A DNA stretch of 64,000 nt from an uncultured Bacteriovoracaceae bacterium. Its GTDB lineage: Bacteria; Bdellovibrionota; Bacteriovoracia; Bacteriovoracales; Bacteriovoracaceae. Location: positions 71,098 through 135,097 of the forward strand of contig CATLOT010000004.1 in the NCBI GenBank assembly GCA_950054155.1, given 5' to 3'. The notes under the pieces are model-generated. The model was given only the letters and a program-made list of their open reading frames with translations. It had not been told where the DNA came from and did not search any database. Each line of letters starts with the position of its first letter. The first letter of the stretch is position 1. This document shows positions 55,956 through 63,073 of this stretch, piece after piece. The position numbers were made by a program, and so were the translations under genes.

Positions 55956-56026
55956 AGCCTAACGTTATACACGAGGGAAAGGGAATAGGATAGAAATTAT
56001 CAACTATAGAGAGGGAGTTAGCTGAT

Positions 56027-56719
56027 TTAAATTTTTGTGTCGCGTCTATTGGGGACAACTCTTTCTAGGCGCAGGGTGAGATCCTCAACGACTCTGCGAT
56101 GAAAGCCCGGCTCTTCATGACGGAGTTTTTCTTTATATTCAGCGATAGATACTCTTTCATAGGTCATCTCAAGAGTTTTAAAGAGCCTAAGTTTCCTCTC
56201 TCCCGGACTTTGAACATGGTGCAGGCCACCAGAGTAGCCAAGCAGGAGGTAGCCAGAATCGGTTTTAAGAAGAATATCTGCAATGCCACTTTTGATGGTC
56301 ATGGGATTTCCATGCTTATCAAGACCGTTGGGGCGCATCATTCTTCCCTCTGGTGCGATCACTATGAGGCTGCCTTTTTTTACCTTATCCATAAAGTCAT
56401 TCCATGAGCTGTCCCTCTTTCGCGTGATGCTGATGATCTGGGGGAAAACGACTTTATAGATCTTACCGACAATGGGGCGTTCCAGGGTGATATCAGCCCC
56501 CGGTAAAACGGCGCGGTGGATATTGTTAAAGTAGAAATGATTGGGAAGCGAAGAAAAGAGGAGTGGCTCAAAGAGGCTCGTGTGATTGAGAAAAGCGAAG
56601 ACATTAATATTTTCCCAAAAATCGGGGGTTGGATTGAGGATTTTTAATTCAAGTTGGTAAAACAGCTTTGAAAAAACTTTTACGGCCAAGGCTATCGTTA
56701 AGCTAAAGAGGTATTTCAT
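56027..56719 (-). CDS. Lysophospholipid/glycerol-phosphate acyltransferase (PlsC-like) family protein
   Basis: 'FAFLNHTSLFEP' (an HX4D-type box with E) and 'VIAPEGRM'. N-terminal TM helix. Confidence 0.5.
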   Translation of the reverse strand: MKYLFSLTIALAVKVFSKLFYQLELKILNPTPDFWENINVFAFLNHTSLFEPLLFSSLPNHFYFNNIHRAVLPGADITLERPIVGKIYKVVFPQIISITRKRDSSWNDFMDKVKKGSLIVIAPEGRMMRPNGLDKHGNPMTIKSGIADILLKTDSGYLLLGYSGGLHHVQSPGERKLRLFKTLEMTYERVSIAEYKEKLRHEEPGFHRRVVEDLTLRLERVVPNRRDTKI

Positions 56720-57453
56720 TATTTGTAGCCTCTAACATAATAGAGAATTTTAAGTCTTTCCTCTCGTTTCGGAAGGTAAGGGTGAGGGGAGGTTTCAAAT
56801 TTATGGTATTCCATTTTACGGGGCATGAACTCTGTACCGAGAATATCTTGTGCCGTTTTAAAAGCACTGTCTTCGTAAGAGTTTTCAATAGTAATGATAT
56901 TGACCCCATTATAATTCTTTTTGAGGTATTGGAATTTGCCAAGTTCCGCCTGATCAAGGGGTGCATCTAAAACATTTGTTTCACTCTTTTGATAGGAATT
57001 GGAGTAGTAATAACTAATCTCTCTAAGATAGGGATGCTTGGGAGTAAATATTAAATTGGTGACCCCTGGCAGAGTTTTAGCCACCTTAGTTTTCTCTCTT
57101 ATATAGTATAAAAAAGAGTCACTTTTAAATGAATTAAAGTAATTTATTAGACCGAGCAGACCAAAGAGTGCAAAGAGGCCTTGGCGTAGCAAGGGGGACG
57201 TTTTTAAGTCCACCATGGCACAGTATATTCCTAGAAAACCAAAAGGGAGGACAAAGGTATAGTGCTCCCAGGTTCCTAGTCTAATTCCCTTGAGAGAGAG
57301 AGTCATGAGAACTCCCATGGGGATGAGATAGGAGAGAGAGAGGAAAAAGAAGAGAGGCTGCTTTTTAGCTATTGCTTTAAAAAGAAGGTAAAAGGCGGCA
57401 AGAAAGCTCAAAGAAATAAAAAGAATAAGAAAGAGATTGAGGGCTGTGTTCAT
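56719..57453 (-). CDS. Membrane protein (4-5 TM + soluble C-terminal domain), possibly the distal half of a split GT-C-like transferase
   Basis: ATGA overlap with the upstream gene. Hydrophobic N-half and a soluble roughly 110-aa tail. Confidence 0.4.
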   Translation of the reverse strand: MNTALNLFLILFISLSFLAAFYLLFKAIAKKQPLFFFLSLSYLIPMGVLMTLSLKGIRLGTWEHYTFVLPFGFLGIYCAMVDLKTSPLLRQGLFALFGLLGLINYFNSFKSDSFLYYIREKTKVAKTLPGVTNLIFTPKHPYLREISYYYSNSYQKSETNVLDAPLDQAELGKFQYLKKNYNGVNIITIENSYEDSAFKTAQDILGTEFMPRKMEYHKFETSPHPYLPKREERLKILYYVRGYK

Positions 57454-58280
57454 CTCGAACTTCCTCTTGGCTTTTCAATTTCTCTTTCTCTTACAGCTCC
57501 TAGTAAAAGATACTCATAGAGAAAGAGCGGGTCCTTGTGGTCAACCTTTTCCCAGTGTTGGGCCAAGGGATTTGAAAAGCGTGGGTTTGCGACCCAGTAA
57601 AGAAGACCAGAGCATGAGAAGAGAAGAATAAGATTAGCAAGAAAGAAGGTCTTTATATTCTTTAAGTTTTTAAGAGGAATGAGTGAGCCTAATTGCAAAA
57701 GAGTAATCAGAATAAAGTAGTAACTGACACTCAATCCACAAAAGTTAACAAGAATAAGTGCCTTACTCATCCTTTTCTTTTTTAAGGAACTGAAAAATAA
57801 GCAGATACTCAAGAAGGCGAAGAGTAAGGTGAAGGAAGTTGGGGCGATAATACTTCCCATTCCATACCACCAGGTTCCAAGAGAGGTGAAGAGAGTCATA
57901 AGGGCCGCTTCACTTGAATGGGTTAAGCTCTTAAAGAAGGAGAAAACCTGCCAGAGGCAGAGAATATTGAGGATGAGAAGGGGAAGTCTCATTAAAATTT
58001 CATTTTCTTGAGTAATGAGGGACCAACCTCGATAAAAATAGAGCAACCCAGCAGGTTGAATCCGGAGGTATTCTCGCCAGAGGTTATCCCAACGACTTCC
58101 TTCCATCGTGTCTTGAGTAAAAATACTCACTTTAGAGGGAGGAGGGGTGTGGAAATAGCGAGTTACTTTTATCTCTTCAAAATGAAAAGGCCTATTAAGG
58201 GTAGGGATATAAAGGAGAAGAAATATACAACCCGTGATAAGAAGAGGAATAAGGGTATCTAAATTTCTTCGCTTTACCAT
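57450..58280 (-). CDS. Polytopic membrane protein, GT-C (ArnT/PMT-like) N-terminal-half-like
   Basis: About 7 TM helices with an early periplasmic loop 'RPFHFEEIKV'. Weak resemblance only. Confidence 0.35.
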   Translation of the reverse strand: MVKRRNLDTLIPLLITGCIFLLLYIPTLNRPFHFEEIKVTRYFHTPPPSKVSIFTQDTMEGSRWDNLWREYLRIQPAGLLYFYRGWSLITQENEILMRLPLLILNILCLWQVFSFFKSLTHSSEAALMTLFTSLGTWWYGMGSIIAPTSFTLLFAFLSICLFFSSLKKKRMSKALILVNFCGLSVSYYFILITLLQLGSLIPLKNLKNIKTFFLANLILLFSCSGLLYWVANPRFSNPLAQHWEKVDHKDPLFLYEYLLLGAVREREIEKPRGSSR

Positions 58281-58289
58281 ACTATGATT

Positions 58290-59294
58290 TTACCAGAGAT
58301 CATCATCGAGCAGAACTCCTGTCGCGAGATTGACCTTTTGAGGGAGCACTCCCTTCATATTGAGTGCGTCATAAAATGCTTTGACGAGGATGAGATTAGA
58401 AATTTCTGTCTCTTTATAGTTTCCTTGAAACTTGTGGTCTTTCCAATTCGCCCTTTGGTTTATGGTCTTTTTCAAATCAAAAGAAGAGTAGGGGCTATTA
58501 ATTGGTTTTTGAAGTTGTTCCCTAATTGAAAAATAATGGACTCCACCAATCCCTATCACTTCTTTATGAGAAATAGCGTCTCGAATTTCCTCTGGGACAT
58601 CAACGCTTGCTATTTTCTTTGCTAGGTTTTCAGCCCACTTTGCAGTGTGATGACCAATAGGATTAGGACTACCACGTTGTCTCCCTTGATAATGGATAAT
58701 ACGATTCTTAAAGCTTACAGAGGCAAGTTTTCCTAAGTAAGTGTGAGGAGTATTTCCTATGAGGGTCGTAATTTGCATGCTCCCTCCACCAATATCCCAA
58801 ACAACAATGTCGTCTTTTGGCTTTTGAGTAAGGCCTACGGCACCCCAAAAACCTAATGTTGCTTCTTTCTTTTGATCAATAATGGTAATGGGAAAGTTGA
58901 CTCTCTTTGATAAGGACTGAACAAAAGCACCTCCATTAGAAGCCTGTCTAAAAACTTCAGTGGCAACTGCAGATATTTGAGTTCCCGACTTTCTAAAGGG
59001 AGAAAGGAAAAGATTTAATTCTTCACTGACTGAATTAAGCATTGTTTCAGGGATAGTATTCTTATGAAGGTGAAGGGATTCTTTGTATTTGAAAGGGAAG
59101 TTTTTTTCCTTGATGACGGACAGAATTTCTTTCTTGCAGCGGTCCACCTTAGCGATAATTACTTTAGTGCTTCCCGATCCCATATCAAGAGCGGCTCTTT
59201 CTTCATGGCAGTGGAAAGGGGTCTTATTGTGAGGAAGTTGGCTACATGAGAGAAAGAAAAAGAATGAAAAAATGATAAAAACTTGAGTATTCAA
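58290..59294 (-). CDS. ASKHA-fold phosphatase of the Ppx/GppA - CD39 NTPDase type, predicted lipoprotein
   Basis: Lipobox 'FFFFLSCSQ'. 'ALDMGSGSTKVIIA', 'AVATEVFRQASNG', 'QKKEATLGFWG' and 'VWDIGGGSMQIT'. Confidence 0.55.
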   Translation of the reverse strand: MNTQVFIIFSFFFFLSCSQLPHNKTPFHCHEERAALDMGSGSTKVIIAKVDRCKKEILSVIKEKNFPFKYKESLHLHKNTIPETMLNSVSEELNLFLSPFRKSGTQISAVATEVFRQASNGGAFVQSLSKRVNFPITIIDQKKEATLGFWGAVGLTQKPKDDIVVWDIGGGSMQITTLIGNTPHTYLGKLASVSFKNRIIHYQGRQRGSPNPIGHHTAKWAENLAKKIASVDVPEEIRDAISHKEVIGIGGVHYFSIREQLQKPINSPYSSFDLKKTINQRANWKDHKFQGNYKETEISNLILVKAFYDALNMKGVLPQKVNLATGVLLDDDLW

Positions 59295-60445
59295 TTGGCC
59301 CTCGCTTCGTACTCCTTCTTATATCGTTTCATTGTATCTAGCGCGTAAACTTTGTCTATGGCAGGTAACGAATGAATGAGGGGGCTTAGTACTCGATGGG
59401 ATAAACAAAGTTCGTCCCAAGTGTAGGTGCTAAGCATATGGCCGATTATTTCACTTCTCTTTTCTTGAGAAAGAGTGAGAAGGGAGTGCTCAGAGGGACG
59501 GTAGCAAAAGGTAATAAAGGGATGAATGTTGCGGCTTAAACAATAGTGAAGAGCATTGGGAATTTCACGCCAATTATCTTTTTGAACCAAGAAGTTAAGG
59601 TTCATATGTAATGGAGTTAATTGGTTCTTAATTCTCTTTTCTTCATACTCTCTAAAGTGATCAATTGTTTTGAGAACTTTGGAAAGAATTCCTGGTTTTC
59701 TAATTTTGTGGTAGGTCTCTGGATCAAAACTATCAACCGAAAGAATAATATTTTTTATTTTAATTTTTTCAAGGGCACTTTCAACTCTCGTATTCCAGTT
59801 CCAATGAGCATTTGTTGTAATCGACCAGAGACAATTCGGATTCACAAGGGAGACTTCATCAATGAGCTTATAAGTGTCTTGCTGTAAGAAGGGCTCACCC
59901 GAGAGCATGTCAATTTCTCTTAGGTGAGGAAAGAGCTCTTTTCTCGCTGGATTCCAAAAATTTTCATCCGTATAGAATCCATTTGGTAATTCCCATACGT
60001 CACACATCTGGCATTGGAGATTGCAAAAGCCATTGAAGTTTGCCGTTAGCCGTAAAGGGCTTGAAGTTTTAGCTTTCAGAGTTTTGGGATCGTCAGGGAA
60101 CATTTTCCCTAGCTGGGGACAGAGATTACAGCCCTGATCATCAATCTCAGTTCGGCAAGTTCTAGCTCTCCCTTCGAGGAACTCTTGGCGCCACTGTTGT
60201 GCCTTCGTTCCATTCCAAATCTCTTGCCAGGTTTGCTCTTTAAGATTTCCAAGAGAATGTTCTGTACCCTTGTGGCGGCAGAGACCAACGGAACCATTTG
60301 GTTCGAGGATAATATTAACAAAGGGCATGAGACAAAATTGCTGGGGAGAAAATCCCCCAGCAATGATTTGATTGATATTTACTTGAACTTCTTCAAGTCT
60401 GTTTTGAATTAAGGGATGATTGAGATAAGCGCTCTTTTTACTCAC
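59291..60445 (-). CDS. Radical SAM enzyme with an N-terminal Twitch/SPASM-like cysteine motif
   Basis: CX3CX2C 'FCNLQCQMC' at residues 141-148. N-terminal 'C38-x12-G-x4-C56 ... LGNL...W.EIW ... C97-x8-C106-x2-C109'. 4-bp and 8-bp overlaps with its neighbours. Confidence 0.7.
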   Translation of the reverse strand: MSKKSAYLNHPLIQNRLEEVQVNINQIIAGGFSPQQFCLMPFVNIILEPNGSVGLCRHKGTEHSLGNLKEQTWQEIWNGTKAQQWRQEFLEGRARTCRTEIDDQGCNLCPQLGKMFPDDPKTLKAKTSSPLRLTANFNGFCNLQCQMCDVWELPNGFYTDENFWNPARKELFPHLREIDMLSGEPFLQQDTYKLIDEVSLVNPNCLWSITTNAHWNWNTRVESALEKIKIKNIILSVDSFDPETYHKIRKPGILSKVLKTIDHFREYEEKRIKNQLTPLHMNLNFLVQKDNWREIPNALHYCLSRNIHPFITFCYRPSEHSLLTLSQEKRSEIIGHMLSTYTWDELCLSHRVLSPLIHSLPAIDKVYALDTMKRYKKEYEARAN

Positions 60446-60893
60446 TCTTAAGTTTTGACTCTAGCTCCTCAATCTTTGTCGCCTGTTCATCAACTTTGGC
60501 GCTGAGTTCTTTAACGGCTTCAATCAGCATAGGAGCGAGGTGAGCATAGTTAACGTATTTGTAACCTGTTGCATCTGTTTTCACAGCGAGCGGAACGACT
60601 TTTTCTAGCTCTTGGGCCATTACCCCTGTTTGTTCCTCTTGAGAAAAGTTCTTCTCTGGGAACTCGCTAGTTTTATAGTGGTATTTGAACGCTTGAATTT
60701 TATTAATATTTTCGAGGCTATTTTCTAAAGGATAAACATCTTCTTTAAAACGAATGTCACTTCCAGCAAAGACATCGAGATAGACACTGTCATTGAGGAC
60801 TTCATTCTCAATTTCTTCTAGGTTGAAGTCATTGATTCCACCAAATTGATAGGGTTTCTTACCGTCTTTTTTATCATCAGTTGAATGTGCCAT
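60438..60893 (-). CDS. Miniature Peptidase_S74 (intramolecular chaperone auto-processing) domain protein, 151 aa
   Basis: 'AG-S45-DIRF-K50-EDVYPL', 'IQAFKYHYK', 'GVMAQELEKVVP', 'KYVNYAHLAPMLIEAVKEL' and a terminal coiled coil 'KVDEQATKIEELESKLK'. Only 44 aa precede the catalytic Ser. Confidence 0.7.
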   Translation of the reverse strand: MAHSTDDKKDGKKPYQFGGINDFNLEEIENEVLNDSVYLDVFAGSDIRFKEDVYPLENSLENINKIQAFKYHYKTSEFPEKNFSQEEQTGVMAQELEKVVPLAVKTDATGYKYVNYAHLAPMLIEAVKELSAKVDEQATKIEELESKLKSE

Positions 60894-60943
60894 TGATTCC
60901 TCGCGTCTTAAATGATGTTTATTCAGATACCTAATATCATTAC

Positions 60944-60949
60944 ATTATA
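60944..60949 (-). promoter_or_regulatory. Perfect TATAAT -10 hexamer about 50 nt upstream of the S74 gene
   Basis: The minus strand reads 'AAAAGGTTATAATG'. The -35 region is weak. Confidence 0.3.
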
Positions 60950-61034
60950 ACCTTTTCTGCTTTAAGAGAAAAACTTTTGAAAGAAACAATGTAAGTTATT
61001 GATTTTACTTTTATCTTGTCAAGGTATGCCTGCC

Positions 61035-61832
61035 TTATGAGCCAGTTTTATAGGCTCCTCGATGGAGATTCTTGTAAAGGGCGAGGGCTTTTTTAACATT
61101 GCCCCCTTGGAAGGCAAGTTTGCGTTCGTGAATAACCAGGGCCTTATTACAAATTTGAGAGAGGAGCTCTGCATTATGGGAGATGAAGAGGACTGCGCCC
61201 GACTCATAAATGACCTTGTGCATTCGCTCTTTCATTTTATCTTGGAAGAACTCATCGGCTCCATCATAGACCTCATCAAGGATGAGCAATTCTGTCGGCC
61301 TTGCTGTGACAACGGAGAGGAAAAGTCGTGCTTGCATACCTTTTGAGTAGGTGTAAAAAGGAGCTTCTTGAAATTTTCCAAGATCTGAAAAGACGAGGGC
61401 TTCTTCAATAACGTCACGAAGCTCACGCTTAGAGAGAGAAGGAAAGAGAAGTTCTCCAAGAAGATAGGCGTTTTCTTTGCCAGTTAGGCTAAAGTGAATG
61501 GCACTTGCCGTAGAAAATACAGCCTGAATATTGTCTGGCTTATTTATGATTCCCTGCTGGGCCATAATCATTCCAGCAATACAGCGGCACAAACTCGTTT
61601 TACCCGAGCCATTTTCACCAATGACGGCCATGATATCGCCCTTTTCCATGGAAAAACTTATATCCTCTAAGACCGGATGAACATTCTTGCGTTCAAGCAA
61701 AGTTTTAACTGGAGCCCGTAAAAGCTGAACGAAAGCATCTCTTACAGTGTGACCTTTTTGGAGGTCGAGATCAAAAGAGAGGTGTAAGTTCTTTACCTCT
61801 AGTAATGGCTTAGATGTAGTAGTAGAGGTCAT
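61035..61832 (-). CDS. ABC exporter ATP-binding protein, Wzt/TagH/KpsT (polysaccharide/polyol-phosphate export) type
   Basis: 'GENGSGKTS', 'LTGKENAYLLGELL', 'YSKGMQARLFLS' (the YSxGM signature variant of this class) and 'LLILDEVYDGADEFF'. Confidence 0.8.
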   Translation of the reverse strand: MTSTTTSKPLLEVKNLHLSFDLDLQKGHTVRDAFVQLLRAPVKTLLERKNVHPVLEDISFSMEKGDIMAVIGENGSGKTSLCRCIAGMIMAQQGIINKPDNIQAVFSTASAIHFSLTGKENAYLLGELLFPSLSKRELRDVIEEALVFSDLGKFQEAPFYTYSKGMQARLFLSVVTARPTELLILDEVYDGADEFFQDKMKERMHKVIYESGAVLFISHNAELLSQICNKALVIHERKLAFQGGNVKKALALYKNLHRGAYKTGS

Positions 61833-62571
61833 TTTTTCTTTTCTTCCAGTAGAGAAATGAGATTAAGGCAAAGAATAAACTTATGAGAAAAGCCTTAATA
61901 AGAGACATCCAAAAGTAACTTGGTTCAAAGTTATAAACAGCACTTCTAAAGGCTTCAACGAGATAAAAGAGAGGATTCATGTCTATGATCCAACGATACT
62001 CGGTTGGAACAAACTCTACAGGATAGAAAATGGGAGTGATGAAATACATGATATTGAGAATAAATGTGAGAACAAATTTAGTGTCTCTGTAAAAGACATT
62101 CATGAGGGAGGCAAGAGAGCTAATACTTGCTATTGAAATTAGTAATACAAGGATGGGAAGGGGGAGATAATAAAACGCGGATTGTTGATTCTCCGTAAGT
62201 ATCATCATGGGAATTAAGATGATAACGAAGGCAATGAGAAAGTTGAGAAAATTATCAAGGACCTGACAGAGAATGAGGAGAAAGGGATTTATTCTAAATC
62301 CTCTCAAAAGATTATGAGAATTGTAGAGGTAGGGAATACTCATCTCCAAAGTGCTTGTAATGAAGATCCAAGGGAGTAGGCCACCCAGTAAGAAGAGGCT
62401 ATAGTCAGGTAATTCAATTTTTAAAATCTTTCTAAAGACAACACTTTGAACCGAATAAAGGATTATGGGATTGAGGATCACCCAAAGAAATCCTGCAAAG
62501 GTTTTACGGTATCGGGCTTTCATATTAGCAAGCGTCAACGATACTAATTGTCGTGAAAAGATTTGAATCAT
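61810..62571 (-). CDS. ABC-2 type exporter permease (Wzm/TagG-like)
   Basis: Six TM helices and N-terminal 'ANMKARYRKTFAGFLWVILNP', typical of ABC-2 permeases. 23-bp overlap with the ATPase gene. Confidence 0.75.
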   Translation of the reverse strand: MIQIFSRQLVSLTLANMKARYRKTFAGFLWVILNPIILYSVQSVVFRKILKIELPDYSLFLLGGLLPWIFITSTLEMSIPYLYNSHNLLRGFRINPFLLILCQVLDNFLNFLIAFVIILIPMMILTENQQSAFYYLPLPILVLLISIASISSLASLMNVFYRDTKFVLTFILNIMYFITPIFYPVEFVPTEYRWIIDMNPLFYLVEAFRSAVYNFEPSYFWMSLIKAFLISLFFALISFLYWKKRKNDLYYYI

Positions 62572-62575
62572 TATT

Positions 62576-63073
62576 TTACTTTACCAGAAGAACTTTCATT
62601 TTTTGCCATAAGCTTAAGTTTTTATTTTTTACTAAGCCTATTATTTGATCGGGTTTAAGGGGGTAGTCATTTTCACCACGAAACTTGAGGCACTGAGTTA
62701 TATATTGTTGATGGGTGTGGTCTATTTTGGTGAGGAAATGGACATTTAATCTGCCAGCTTGGTCAAAGACGATGATATCAAAATGCTTGAGCTCTTTAAG
62801 ATCCGCGATCTTTTGAACCTCAATGAGGTCTCCAATCTTGATGAGAGGAACCATAGAGTCACTGACGACTTTAAGTTTAACCACACTCTCATTAACAAGC
62901 TGTTTTTTTAGTATTTGTAGGTCAAATGTTCTCTGATCCTCTTTGGCTACCATAATCGCCATGATATCATAGGAGAGTGAAATTAGCGGTAGTAAAAAAA
63001 CAAAATCAATCTTCCTGGCGAAGTTGCCAGAGTATAACGAGTAATCTTGAACTCGCCTACGAGGAGTTTTCAA
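62576..63073 (-). CDS. S24/S26-family (signal-peptidase-I/SipW-like) serine peptidase; start uncertain
   Basis: 'VVSDSMVPLIKIGDLIEV' (SM...GD box) and 'FDIIVFDQAGRLNVHFLTKI'. TTG 63073 gives an N-terminal TM helix. The alternative starts ATG 62962/62953 would avoid overlap with the divergent GT gene. Confidence 0.55.
   Translation of the reverse strand: MKTPRRRVQDYSLYSGNFARKIDFVFLLPLISLSYDIMAIMVAKEDQRTFDLQILKKQLVNESVVKLKVVSDSMVPLIKIGDLIEVQKIADLKELKHFDIIVFDQAGRLNVHFLTKIDHTHQQYITQCLKFRGENDYPLKPDQIIGLVKNKNLSLWQKMKVLLVK

Noticed and set aside
37633-60893. Prophage or defence-island interpretation based on the HNH nuclease and the 'tail-fibre' S74 domain
   Set aside because: The two genes are 22 kb apart and separated by housekeeping genes (metG, dps, oxyR, trmH-like). 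I see no integrase, terminase, capsid, portal, tail-tube, methylase or tRNA attachment site anywhere in the window.
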